Shown: positions 30,666 to 42,658 of the stretch, one piece after another | Position numbering within the stretch: the stretch's first letter is position 1 | Layout of the letters: each line of letters starts with the position of its first letter | Made by a program: the position numbers and the translations under genes | The notes under the pieces: model-generated | Told to the model about the DNA's origin: nothing | Database searches by the model: none | The model's input: the letters and a program-made list of their open reading frames with translations, nothing else | Source of the DNA: an uncultured delta proteobacterium | GTDB lineage: Bacteria; Myxococcota; Myxococcia; Myxococcales; Myxococcaceae | Assembly (NCBI GenBank): GCA_963713045.1 | Contig: CAVQKE010000004.1 | Coordinates: 1 to 64,000, forward strand | Direction: 5' to 3' | DNA length: 64,000 nt

Positions 30666-31747
30666 GTGCGCGCTCGTTCGGAGCGGGGGCGCAGCGAGAC
30701 TCCGATGAGCGCTGCGCACATTGCGAGGAGGATCGTGCCCAGCGAGGAGTCACCGCTGCCCGCGGAGTTGCATCCTCCGGCTCCCGGGGGCGTTGCACCT
30801 GCATCGCCGCTGGTCGACCCTGCGTCGTGCGAGCTTTGCGAGCCTCCGTCGTTCGTTCCGCCGTCGCTAACGTTCGGCGCGCCGCCGCCGTCAAGGAGGA
30901 GCCCGCCGCCGTCCGCCTGTGTGAGAAGCACACCGGACGTCGACGTGTACGAGTACCCCGGCGGGAGCGTGATCGACATCCGGCCGGTGTTCCCGAGGTC
31001 AGCGACCAGGTGGTAGTAGGGGCTGTCGACGTAGTTCTGAGCCTCCGTGCTGCACCCGACGCTTACGGGTTGGCCCACCGTGACCGTGTTATGGAGATTC
31101 ATGGTCACGACCGGCGCGTTGTTGTCGAGGCCAGTCGCGACGACAGTCGCTGTCGGATCGCCCGTGCGCGAAGTGGTGATGCCCGTCATATCGCTCGGCC
31201 CGGCGTCCCCCAGCGCAAGGTAGTGCCGCGAGACCAACGACATCTGGTTTGCCAAGTTGGGGCTAATGCCGAGGGAGCAACCCAGTGAGAGGGTCTCGTA
31301 CAACTCGGCGGAGGGCGGGTACCCCCCGACGGTCGGCGTGATCGCGAGCGTTCCGTCCACAACGAACGTGAGTGTCACGGTCACGGTCAATCCGGGTCCA
31401 GCGATTGTAATGGTGTCGGAGATTGCAGCGGTCGCGATCGGCATCCACGTGTACCCGTCCCTGGACGGTGCGGTCGCAAGCATCTTCCCACTGGAGTACA
31501 CGCGCACCGTCCCCGTCGTCAGGTCAGCGGCGCCCTCCCCCGTGCTGCCTTGCTCCAGGAACTGGTTCGTGGAATCCGCCAAGAGCGCTCCGGAGACGGC
31601 CACGGGGTTCGTGAGGGTCACTTGCTGGGCGCTAGAGGCGTTGTCCAATTGCTGGAGCTGCACCAAGGCCTGAGCCCGCGCAGGCACCGCCAGAAACACC
31701 AGAGCCACCCCGACCAGGCGCCCGACCCTAGATCCATGCATCCACAA
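30662..31747 (-). CDS. Secreted surface protein with MYXO-CTERM-like sorting signal
   Basis: Signal peptide; DGG/DAG linker; GGC followed by a hydrophobic helix and an Arg-rich tail. Confidence 0.75.
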   Translation of the reverse strand: MWMHGSRVGRLVGVALVFLAVPARAQALVQLQQLDNASSAQQVTLTNPVAVSGALLADSTNQFLEQGSTGEGAADLTTGTVRVYSSGKMLATAPSRDGYTWMPIATAAISDTITIAGPGLTVTVTLTFVVDGTLAITPTVGGYPPSAELYETLSLGCSLGISPNLANQMSLVSRHYLALGDAGPSDMTGITTSRTGDPTATVVATGLDNNAPVVTMNLHNTVTVGQPVSVGCSTEAQNYVDSPYYHLVADLGNTGRMSITLPPGYSYTSTSGVLLTQADGGGLLLDGGGAPNVSDGGTNDGGSQSSHDAGSTSGDAGATPPGAGGCNSAGSGDSSLGTILLAMCAALIGVSLRPRSERART

Positions 31748-32414
31748 ACCTGATCACAGTATGCGCGAGGTCGCAACGCGAAACCGGGATCCGCCAGAGG
31801 ATAATCCCGGATTGGGTGACGAACGATTTCGGGACAACGAAGGCGGGGCGAGCTGAACGTTCGCGACGAGAAAATGGGGCCAATGGGCCACCGCAGGGCT
31901 TGAGCGTCTTCGGGGGCAGTGGCAACCAACACTGTCAGTGCGGCATCGAGCGGCAGCTTGACGTTGAAGTGCGAGCGCCGCTGCGCAGCGCGTCGCCGAT
32001 GTTGGTCATCTCCGCGTCATGGTCAGCGACAGCGCGCCCGGCAGGAGGCGCCGCGTCTTCTCGCTGACAGACAAGGTCGGCAGCAACACCTCCATCATGA
32101 CGAGGAATGCCGCGATCGACATCGCGAACTGGGCTTCCGCGCGGCAATTGAACTTGCTTCGTGACTGGTAACGGCGAGAGCAGGAACTGTCAGCCGATGG
32201 ACCGGGAACATGCCGCCCTGTGCCAGAACAAACGACCACGACGTGATGCCCCGAAGGGCGGCTGTTACTGGCGAGCTTTCACTGTGCGAGCAGTACGTCC
32301 AGCGACGCTAACGGCGTCGCTAACGCCCACGTAGGCGAACGGGGAGGGGTCTCCGAAGCGTTTCCCCGAATGGGACGGGGGTACCCCAAGACCCCGTGGG
32401 TGGTCCTGCCTGCC

Positions 32415-32454
32415 TTTGAAGACCAGGCCGGTCACCAGACGCGGACGCTCTACC
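32415..32454 (-). repeat. Displaced 5' half of tRNA-Sec (copy 2)
   Basis: TTTGAAGACCAGGCCGGTCACCAGACGCGGACGCTCTACC is identical (40 nt) to 22458-22497. Confidence 0.92.
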
Positions 32455-32562
32455 AAACGACTGTCACCGAGAGAACCCTACCTCGGCTGTGACGCGAACG
32501 GCGACAGCTCGCTGCTGTGATGAGGCTTAACCAGAGGTGCTGCAGCGGGGACTTGTTCAAAG

Positions 32563-32775
32563 CTAACGGCATAGAGCCGGTGCCGTCTCGTCGAGTCCAT
32601 GCTCAGGAGCAGCACACCGGGGAATTTGAGAGGCCTGGTCCGGTTTCCTCGAGTCGAGCGCCACCATTGCCTCGATAAGAGGCGCAGCAACCAGGCTGCG
32701 CAAAACAACCACCTGGCCAAAGAACGTACACAGGGCCAAAGCGATGATTACCGTAGGTTTGACGAGGGAGAGCAT
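32563..32775 (-). CDS. Small hypothetical membrane/secreted protein
   Basis: MLSLVKPTVIIALALCTFFG hydrophobic N-terminus; ~70 aa. Confidence 0.35.
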   Translation of the reverse strand: MLSLVKPTVIIALALCTFFGQVVVLRSLVAAPLIEAMVALDSRKPDQASQIPRCAAPEHGLDETAPALCR

Positions 32776-33024
32776 GTTTTTGCCTTGGAGTGCGGCGGCA
32801 CCTTGTGCCGCTTTCAGCCCTAGGTACGCCGCGGGCGCCCGTTGTGACCGATTCGAGAAGGCAACCTCGCCGCCGCTCCACTCCAGGTGCGGCAATGAAA
32901 GCGGGCGCCGTACTGGCCTTGCCAGCTCTGAGAGCTACCTTTGCCTGGGTGAACAGCGCTCAAGCAGGTGGGTCGCTTGTTGCTTACCTCGATGCGTCTT
33001 TAGGATGGCGCTCGTCGGGCGAGG

Positions 33025-35766
33025 ATGTCGGTGACGGAGAACACCAGTCGCGAGGGAATGGAACCCGCCACCGCAGGCCAGTCCGCTCACATTACCGCCC
33101 TTCTGGCCGAGCTGGTGCGCGTTCCGGACGAGGAGCTCGGCGAAGGCTGGGAGCAATGGCTCTTTGCTGGCGCCACCATCGGCCGCTTCGAATTGGTGCG
33201 AGAAATTGGGCGCGGGGGCTTCGGCATCGTCTGGGAAGCCAGGGACCGGGAGCTGCGGCGGGCGGTCGCGTTCAAGGCCGTGAGAGCTGGCGACCGCGCT
33301 GCGCTGCGCGAGGAGGCGCTTGTACGCGAGGCCGAGGCAGTGGCCCAACTCGCGCACCCGAATCTCGTGACCCTCTACGATGTGGGCCGGTGCGAACACG
33401 GCCCCTACCTGGTGCTTGAGCTGCTTCGTGGGCAGCCACTCTCGGAACGGCTTGAGCGGGCCCTTCCCCTGCGAGAGATTGTGGGCATCGCGGTCGAAAT
33501 CGCCAAAGGTCTCGCGCACGCACACGCCGCAGGGGTGGTGCACCGAGATTTGAAACCCGCCAACGTCATTGTTTGCGAGGACGGCCGTGTGAAGGTTCTC
33601 GATTTCGGCCTCGCTCACGCCTTCGGCCGCACACGCGTCAGCGGCGGCACTCCTGGCTTTATGGCTCCCGAGCAATGGGAGGACGCGCCGGAGGACGAAC
33701 GGACCGATGTTTTTGCCCTCGGTGTTTTGCTCTATCTTGCGCTTTCGGGCGAGCTTCCCTTTGTCGGGAAGAGTTCGGAGTCCAAGGCGCCGCGGCTGGA
33801 GGTTCACGAACTTCCCGAGCTGGGCGAACTCGTTGGGCAAATGCTTGCTCGTGAGCGGGTCGATCGGCCTAAGGACGGCGCGGCCGTGCTGGACGCTCTT
33901 CAGCGAACGGCAGCGCTGCTTCCGCGTTCCGTGGACAGCCCGACGCCGACGCCCCGTCCGCCGACAGTAGCGCGGGTCCGGAGGCGAAGAGGCTGGCTGC
34001 TGAGCACGCTAGCAATTGGCGCCATCGCGCTTTTCACATCGACTTACCTATTCATCCGTCCGGGGCCGTCGCGAGCCCCCCCGGAGCGCTCGATCGCGGT
34101 GCTCCCCTTCGAGAACCTCTCGCCGGATAAGAACGACGGCCTCTTCGCGGAGGGAATCCATAGTGAAATCATCACCCAGCTCGGGAAAATCCCTGGTCTC
34201 AAGGTGACCGCGCGCAGCTCAGTGCTCCAATACCGACAACCGACCAAAGACCTCAAGTCGATCGCTGCCACGCTGGGCGTGGCGACGCTACTTGAAGGGA
34301 CGGTTAGGCGGGCGGGTTCTCGGTTGCGCATCTCGGCCGAACTCCTCGACGCAGCGAGCGGACGGCAGCTCTGGGCGGAGGACTACAATCGCGGTGGCGC
34401 CGATGCGCTCGCGGCCCAAACTGAAGTGGCTCTCGAAATCGCACGAGCGCTCGGCGGTCAGCTGAGCGAGGAGGAAATGCGAATGCTGGAGCGGCCTCCG
34501 TCGCGAGACGTCGAGGCCGACGACGCCTACCGACGTGCGGTCGCCATCCTGAGAACGGGTTCGCTCGCGGGCGACGAGAGAACGGGTTCGCTCGGGGGCG
34601 ATGAGCAATCGAAGCGGGCCGATGAGCTGCTTGAGCAGGCCATTGCCCGCGATCCTTCGTTCGCATTGGCCCACGCCTGGCTTGCTCTCTCGGTGGTGTC
34701 CGGCGCGCACCTGGGTCCCGCCTATTGCGACAGGGCGCGAGCTTTGGCAGAGCGCGCTCTGGCGCTGGAGAAAGCTCTCCCGGAAGCCCAGGCCGCGGTC
34801 GGCGTCGTTCGCGGCGCCTGTACAGGAGATTTCCCCGAGGCCCTTCGCGAGGTCCGTCGCGCACAGGCAGGACTTCGGAACGATGGGTACTTTACGGCCG
34901 AAATGGCCCAAGTGTTTTGGGGCGCCGGCGAAGAGAACGTCGCGGTGGAAATGTCCAAACGGGCCTTCGAACTCGACCCACGCTCGTTTCGGTCGGCCTT
35001 GTTACTCGCCAGTTATACCAGTGCCATCGGCTCTTTCGCCGACGCTGCCCGCGCGCTGGAACGCGCGGGCGAGCTGTCCCCTGGGGATGTCGGAGTGGCG
35101 GCACGACAAGCAGAGTTGGCCGCCCTCCGGGACGGCGACCTCGCGCCTGCCAGAAAAGTCGTCGACGCCGCGTTAGCCGAGCAGGGCTCTGCTCGCTTTG
35201 TCCCTGATGACTTCGAGGGCATCTCCCGGTGGTTGCCGGAACGAGGATTGAAGCTCGCCACCCACGTGTTGGCGCACGAAGCTCGCGAGTCGGTGCCGGA
35301 CACGCTGATCCTACAACACTGGTACCTCCTCTCGGGGCGCTTACAATTCATCCTCGGTCATCGCGAAGAGTCGCGTGTCGCCTACGGCCACGCTCTCGAG
35401 GAACTCTCAAGCCAAGGTCCCTATGCAGCCAGTCGTGGCCTCGCAGCGCAATGGAACTCGAACATGGCCCTGGCGAAGGCTGGCCTCGGACGGACCGACG
35501 AGGCGCTCGATCACCTCCGGGCCGCCGCGGCACTGCTCGATACTCCAGGGGGGCGGGACGAATACCTCGAGCGGTCGGCTGAGGTGGCGATGCTTACCGG
35601 GCAATCGGATGCGGCATTTTCCGCCCTCGACGAATTGATTGCCCGGCGCCGGCGCTTCACACCGGCAATCTTGCGCGTAGATCCGCTCTACGCCCCGCTG
35701 CGGCCCGATCCCCGTTTCGAGGCCTTGCTGGAGAAGCCAGAAGCGACCCCGTCCGCGGTCCCGTGA
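33025..35766 (+). CDS. Ser/Thr protein kinase with TM segment, TolB-N-like domain and TPR repeats
   Basis: GRGGFG, VAFK, HRDLKPAN, DFG, APE; SIAVLPFENLS; helical repeats; DPLYAPLRPDPRF. Confidence 0.92.
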   Translation: MSVTENTSREGMEPATAGQSAHITALLAELVRVPDEELGEGWEQWLFAGATIGRFELVREIGRGGFGIVWEARDRELRRAVAFKAVRAGDRAALREEALVREAEAVAQLAHPNLVTLYDVGRCEHGPYLVLELLRGQPLSERLERALPLREIVGIAVEIAKGLAHAHAAGVVHRDLKPANVIVCEDGRVKVLDFGLAHAFGRTRVSGGTPGFMAPEQWEDAPEDERTDVFALGVLLYLALSGELPFVGKSSESKAPRLEVHELPELGELVGQMLARERVDRPKDGAAVLDALQRTAALLPRSVDSPTPTPRPPTVARVRRRRGWLLSTLAIGAIALFTSTYLFIRPGPSRAPPERSIAVLPFENLSPDKNDGLFAEGIHSEIITQLGKIPGLKVTARSSVLQYRQPTKDLKSIAATLGVATLLEGTVRRAGSRLRISAELLDAASGRQLWAEDYNRGGADALAAQTEVALEIARALGGQLSEEEMRMLERPPSRDVEADDAYRRAVAILRTGSLAGDERTGSLGGDEQSKRADELLEQAIARDPSFALAHAWLALSVVSGAHLGPAYCDRARALAERALALEKALPEAQAAVGVVRGACTGDFPEALREVRRAQAGLRNDGYFTAEMAQVFWGAGEENVAVEMSKRAFELDPRSFRSALLLASYTSAIGSFADAARALERAGELSPGDVGVAARQAELAALRDGDLAPARKVVDAALAEQGSARFVPDDFEGISRWLPERGLKLATHVLAHEARESVPDTLILQHWYLLSGRLQFILGHREESRVAYGHALEELSSQGPYAASRGLAAQWNSNMALAKAGLGRTDEALDHLRAAAALLDTPGGRDEYLERSAEVAMLTGQSDAAFSALDELIARRRRFTPAILRVDPLYAPLRPDPRFEALLEKPEATPSAVP

Positions 35767-35918
35767 CAAAGCACCGTTCTGCCGGGTGGCGACACCGGCA
35801 ACGAATCCCCTGTACTCGACAGCCGTCGGCGCGCGTGAGGAAAGCAGCCCTCCCGCGGCGTTGGCCTCCCACTCGCCTGAGGCGTAAGTTGACCCGCCCA
35901 GTCGAGGAGGGTCCCGCC

Positions 35919-37208
35919 GTGCTCATCAACGCCAGGCTTGGATGCGCAGCGGCCTTTGCCGTCGGCTTCGTCTTCGGCGGCGCCGCCCGCGGCGACGGGG
36001 CTTCCAGCCCGGCGCCCTCGCGGGCCGTGGTGCCTGTGGGCGGTGCGGGCGCGCCGTTACCCCAGGGGATGCGCCAAGAAGCCATCCATGACCGAGCGAT
36101 GAACATGGACGCCTATTTCGTCGCCATCCCAGCCGACTGGAACTTCCAAGGCGCAGTTCTCATGGGCACTGCGTGCTCGGCAGAGGCATTCCCGGCCTTT
36201 CGCGCTTCGAGTCCAGATGGCCTCACCCAGCTCGAGCGACTGCCGCGCTTCGACTGGAAGTGGGGTGATGCTCCGTGGTTGCCGAGGAACACGCTGCGTG
36301 GCTGTCTCCCGTTGAGGGAGGCGTTGAGTGCCGCGGAGTTCCTCAAACAACTCTCAGCCGTGTCCCAAGTCGAGTACGCCGGGGCAGTCCCGGTTCCTGC
36401 CGACAAGCGCGCGGCGATGAAGAGGTACTTCGAGCAAGCCAACGAGGCGAGCGCCCATATGGCTGCCCGATTTCACCTCGACCCCATCATTCGCCAGGGC
36501 GACATGGCTCAGGCGAAGGTCCGCTACCGCAATGGGAACGTCCCGATGGAAGCGTTGCTGTTTGTCAACCTGGTCTGTACCCACAACCCCGTCCGCGATT
36601 TCAAGAAGCGAAGTTTCTCGGTGGAGAGCTGCAGCGCAACCGTCCGGGTGGTGCGCTCAGCGTCGGGGAAGCTGGATGAGGCTGTCCAGCGCCTGGACTC
36701 CGCTGGTGCCCGTGAGAACTCGCAGTGGGTCCAGGCCCTGATGGACCTGGAGAACCGCCGCAGCCAGGCCATGGCGCAGCAATCCCAAGCCGCTTTCAAC
36801 CAGCAGATGCAGCTTCAAAACCAACAATTCCAACAGTCTGAGGCGTTGAAGCTGCAGCAGCATCAACAGTTCCAACAGTCGCAAGCCAACCAGTTTCAAC
36901 AACATGAGCAATTCCTGTCCACCATGCAGCGGGGGACGGACATGTCCATGTACCGCGCGCAGCAAAATGCGAACGCTAGCCATACCGCCGCTTCCGACAC
37001 GGTGGACTATGCACTCGGCCAGCAGACAGTCCGCGACCCGAACACTGGCCAGCTGAACAAAGTCTCGGCCGGCTACAACCACACGTGGGTCAACGACACC
37101 GGCAAAGTGAGTTACCAAACGGATAACCCCAACGCGAACCCCAACGGATACGTGCAAGGGAACTGGACTCAGCAGCAACAGGTCCACGGCGACGGGACCA
37201 GCAGGTAG
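35919..37208 (+). CDS. Secreted hypothetical protein with Gln-rich coiled coil
   Basis: GAGGAGG RBS before GTG; signal peptide; QQ-rich segment. Confidence 0.75.
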   Translation: MLINARLGCAAAFAVGFVFGGAARGDGASSPAPSRAVVPVGGAGAPLPQGMRQEAIHDRAMNMDAYFVAIPADWNFQGAVLMGTACSAEAFPAFRASSPDGLTQLERLPRFDWKWGDAPWLPRNTLRGCLPLREALSAAEFLKQLSAVSQVEYAGAVPVPADKRAAMKRYFEQANEASAHMAARFHLDPIIRQGDMAQAKVRYRNGNVPMEALLFVNLVCTHNPVRDFKKRSFSVESCSATVRVVRSASGKLDEAVQRLDSAGARENSQWVQALMDLENRRSQAMAQQSQAAFNQQMQLQNQQFQQSEALKLQQHQQFQQSQANQFQQHEQFLSTMQRGTDMSMYRAQQNANASHTAASDTVDYALGQQTVRDPNTGQLNKVSAGYNHTWVNDTGKVSYQTDNPNANPNGYVQGNWTQQQQVHGDGTSR

Positions 37209-37276
37209 CCAGCAGGTCGACACAGGCCCCAAGAGCACTGGACGAGACAGCCCTGTCAGCGCAGCCGGGCCGCGCC

Positions 37277-37738
37277 CTATTTCTCGAAGTTGAAGTCCGC
37301 CGCCCCAAAACGTCGAACCAGCAAGATGCAAGGCCCCGCCTTGCTGCATGTCGCTGAATGCACCAGCTTGGCAGGGAACACCACGACGCTACCGGGGCCC
37401 AGCTGGTAGGACTTGCCGTTAATGACGTAGTGAAGCGTCCCGCTGATGACCACCGAAGACTCAGCGAAGGAATGCCAGTGCGGCGGGAAGGCGTAGCCAG
37501 CAGGAAACTTCGTGTACCCCAGAGACGGCCCGGTGGTCGCGTCACCCGCGATGGAAGACACCATGAGTCCGGCGGGTGCTCCTGGGTTTGTCCAGGCGGT
37601 CCACTTTGCGTCTTTGAGTTGAGCGACGACAGCGTCGTCGGGTGAGGAGGGTTTGGCAGGTGCTGGGGCTTGGGCCGAGCTGGTGCTGGCCAAAAATACG
37701 ACGAGCAGCGACAAACTACGGCGAAGCAGACTGGGCAT
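37277..37738 (-). CDS. Secreted cupin (DUF4437-like)
   Basis: PPHWHS..E...VISG, GPGS....PAK.VH. Confidence 0.85.
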   Translation of the reverse strand: MPSLLRRSLSLLVVFLASTSSAQAPAPAKPSSPDDAVVAQLKDAKWTAWTNPGAPAGLMVSSIAGDATTGPSLGYTKFPAGYAFPPHWHSFAESSVVISGTLHYVINGKSYQLGPGSVVVFPAKLVHSATCSKAGPCILLVRRFGAADFNFEK

Positions 37739-38450
37739 GGCCCCTCCCGGAGTCGATGTGGGGGCACGGCCTAGCGCGCGCTGCGAAAAAAGGCCACCTT
37801 GTCCTTGGGACATCTAGACCGCACTTTCGTGCAATCCGAGGACCCGGGAATGAATCCTTAACCAGGCGCGTGAATTGAGTTCGACGACCCCCGAGAGTCA
37901 TGGCATGGCGCGGGAGCGACGCTTCTTCACGCCGCGTGGGACCGCGGAGACAGGGTTTACCCTCGAGGGGGATTGGACTGGGACCATTTTGTGGCTCCCC
38001 CCCGTGGCCGTCCCCTGCCGCGTCCGAGGCTTTGGCGAGCCCTCGTCCCACGCTGGCCACCTCAGCCGGAGTGCGGCGCGACGCGTCGGCGCAAAAAAAG
38101 GTTCGCAAACCAGAGTGCGTTCACCACTGTTTTCGGCGCTTGACGTGTCAGACACCTTTCGCGACGCCTTGCGCACCCGACGGTCCTGCCTCAAACCCGC
38201 CGAAGCGTTGGAGGGCCACCGTCGGCCTCTCTGACGAGCGGGGTGGGAGACCGGACACCCGGGCTCCTCTCCCACACCAAGTTTAAAGAGAGTTGGGGCA
38301 CCCCGGTGCCGGTCCACCACTTGGAATTGTGCGACTGTGGACGGAGAGCGAAACATGGGGGTTGCTGCAGGTGGGTTGGCGGCCCATCTCGAGCGGTGGT
38401 GAAGGACTTGGTCGCACGGCGACCCCCCGTGCACTGGAAGGGGCTTCTCG

Positions 38451-38930
38451 ATGGACCAGCAACTTTCGCCTCACGCGGCCTGGAGGGGACTCACGCTTGT
38501 CACCTTCCTTTGCCTTGGGCCAGTCGGGTGCGGGTCATCGATGCAAAACGGCCAAGCCAGTTCGGAACTCATCTCAGGCTCGACTCCGGATGGCGGAGAT
38601 TCGACCAGCGACGCCGGACTCCCGGGGACCGACGGTGGGCAAGCCGCCGCTCTGTTGAGCATCATCAACTACAACAACGGTTGCTCCATCACCGAGGACG
38701 GCGGCGCGTTCCGCCTCATGTCTGCCTTCGCCATTGGGAGCGTGGTTGCCTTGGAGGCAACGCCGCTTCAGGGTTACGCGTGGGGCTATTGGACGGGGAC
38801 CGACTTCGATGGCGGGAGCATGGATGTGAATATGGCCACCACCGTCACCATGAATGGAGACAAACTGGTGGTCGCCTGTTGCCCGACCGCGCCGCCAGCG
38901 GCGCAGGTCTGCCCCACGCCAATGCCGTAA
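38451..38930 (+). CDS. Hypothetical lipoprotein with divergent InlB B-repeat-like domain
   Basis: PVGC lipobox; GSVVALEATP..GYAWGYWTG...TVTMNGDK. Confidence 0.65.
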   Translation: MDQQLSPHAAWRGLTLVTFLCLGPVGCGSSMQNGQASSELISGSTPDGGDSTSDAGLPGTDGGQAAALLSIINYNNGCSITEDGGAFRLMSAFAIGSVVALEATPLQGYAWGYWTGTDFDGGSMDVNMATTVTMNGDKLVVACCPTAPPAAQVCPTPMP

Positions 38931-39011
38931 TTCGGCGACGACACGACGCACCCTCTGGAGCGGGTTAGCCCCCTTCGGCTGAGGGGCCTGCCCGTCGAGG
39001 CGCGGGAACGA

Positions 39012-39063
39012 CATCATCTCATTGGCGGCATGCTCCAGCACGTGGCAGTGCCAGACGTAGACC
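39012..39063 (-). pseudogene. Multicopper oxidase C-terminal remnant
   Basis: VYVWHCHVLEHAANEMM matches the HCHxxxHxxxxM copper site; no upstream body of the gene is recognisable. Confidence 0.6.
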
Positions 39064-39392
39064 AATGCGTTTGAACATTCGCGCTCCCCTGTCCCCTGAT
39101 GCGGCCGTTGGTTGAAGCCGTGGCCCCAAGCTTCAGGTCGCAGGCCATAGCGCAAGCCTTGCGGGGGATGGGGTTACGTTCCGGCGGAGAAGCAGTTGCG
39201 GCGCGGTGAATGCCTCTCGCTGCTTTGCAACAACGCCCCATCCCTGAAGGCCTCAGGCGTTTCACCAAGGCAACAGCCAGCCCGCGTCCCATGGGACGGA
39301 CGGTCCCCCTCGCGTCTGGAGCTCCCCCCCAAAGGGCGACGCTTCGCCCTCGGCCGCGGGCCTGGGGGGCTGAACGCCTGGACGAATTCCGG

Positions 39393-41136
<1,744 letters not shown>

Positions 41137-41139
41137 GGG

Positions 41140-42504
41140 CTAGGCGGCGCCGCTGCGCGCCGCCGGCACCGCGTCGTGGTTGGGGCTCGCGAGGTACACC
41201 ACATTTCGCGAGCTCCGCTTCCCCCGGTACATGGCGCGGTCTGCCTGGTCGACCAGGGTACGCGTGTCGGTGGCGTGCTCTGGATAGCTGGCCACGCCAA
41301 TGCACGTGGTGAGGGTCAGGCCGTAACCCTCGCGGGCGAGGAAGTGGTGGGATTCAATCGCCCGGCGGATGCGCTCGGCCACTTTGAGTGCGCCTCCGGA
41401 GTCGGTTTCCCGCAGCAGCACCACGTACTCATCGCCTCCCCAGCGGGCAGCGACGTCCTGGTCGCGCGTGCAGGACTTCACCACGCGCGCGGCTTCAATC
41501 AACAGCTTGCTGCCCACCAAGTGGCCGTGGGTGTCATTCACCGTCTTGAAGTAGTCGAGGTCCAGAAAGAGGATGCTGAACGGCTGGTGCCCTTGGGCGC
41601 GCGCGAATTCGCGCTCCAGCGCCTCGTCCAGGTAGCGCGCGTTGTACAGCCGGGTGAGGTCGTCCAAGTAGACGAGGTCCTCGGCCTGCTCAATCCGGTC
41701 CGCATGGTGAAGCGCCAGCGCGAGGTGCTGCGCAAGGTAGCTTGCCGTGTCCCGCATGCCGGCCGGCTCACCCCCCTGCAACAGCAAGACGGCCCAGCCG
41801 CGCAGCCCGGCGGAGGGGTCGAGTGCGGGGACGGCCACGGCTACAGAGAAGTGGGGGAGGGCGGCCAACTCGAAGGTGCGCGCGGGCTGGCCCTGCAGTT
41901 GGGCCTCGCACGCCGACTGAAGCGGCGCCAAGAATTCTGCCGGCACGCCGTCGGCTGCCTCGTGGCGAAGTTCGCCGTTGGGGCCGCGAGTCCACACCAG
42001 CGCGGCAGTGGCCTGGCACAGCTGGACGAAGGCACCCGCCGCGGCAGAGCCCAGCCGGCCGCGGTCGAGGACGGTGAGCAGTCGCTGTCCGGCCTCGACC
42101 AGGGCCACGTGACGCTTCAGCGCTGCGTTTTCCTGAAGCAGCTGCCGGGTGGTGAGCGCGCGCGCCACCGCGTGTCGAAGTGCCTCCGGCCGCACTGGCT
42201 TCACCAGGTACTCGGCCGCGCCGCTCTTGATGGCGCGAACGGCCGGGCCGACCTTGTCCAAGGCCGTAATCAGCACCACCTCCACGTCCGGGTAGCGCTC
42301 CTTGGTGTGGCGGAGCACCTCCATGCCGTCTCCCTGCGGGAGGATGAGGTCCGTGACAACGATGTCAAACGGGTGGAGCGCCAAGGCAGCGCGCGCCTCG
42401 GTCACACCGCTCACGGCGTGCACTTCGTGCCCGGCGTCGGCGAGGTAGTCGCCATACACTGCCCGGGCCACCTTCTCGTCATCGACCAGGAGAATGCGAG
42501 CCAT
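41140..42504 (-). CDS. Response-regulator diguanylate cyclase (REC, GAF-like, GGDEF)
   Basis: ILLVDD...TDLILP; DLDYFKTVNDTHGH; I-site RDQD and GGDEY. Confidence 0.92.
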   Translation of the reverse strand: MARILLVDDEKVARAVYGDYLADAGHEVHAVSGVTEARAALALHPFDIVVTDLILPQGDGMEVLRHTKERYPDVEVVLITALDKVGPAVRAIKSGAAEYLVKPVRPEALRHAVARALTTRQLLQENAALKRHVALVEAGQRLLTVLDRGRLGSAAAGAFVQLCQATAALVWTRGPNGELRHEAADGVPAEFLAPLQSACEAQLQGQPARTFELAALPHFSVAVAVPALDPSAGLRGWAVLLLQGGEPAGMRDTASYLAQHLALALHHADRIEQAEDLVYLDDLTRLYNARYLDEALEREFARAQGHQPFSILFLDLDYFKTVNDTHGHLVGSKLLIEAARVVKSCTRDQDVAARWGGDEYVVLLRETDSGGALKVAERIRRAIESHHFLAREGYGLTLTTCIGVASYPEHATDTRTLVDQADRAMYRGKRSSRNVVYLASPNHDAVPAARSGAA

Positions 42505-42658
42505 GGCTGGAGGAATTCTCGAAAAATGCTATCCGTTCCACCCTCGCTTGGGATAGCCGCACACCAGCGCACCCAAACTTGACAGCCGTTGTGTCGCACC
42601 CTTCCAATGTCGGGAATTTGCTGAAGGATTCCTGAGGCTTTCCTTCGAGGCCGCCCCC

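Noticed and set aside
31816..32240. Short ORFs between the MYXO-CTERM gene and the 32.4-kb junction as a possible integrase remnant
   Set aside because: No tyrosine or serine recombinase motifs are recognisable in any listed frame.
19248..32454. Trans-spliced split tRNA-Sec, as in some archaea
   Set aside because: An intact selC is present, I see no complementary leader/trailer sequences on the halves, and breakpoints at the anticodon loop fit integrase crossover better.
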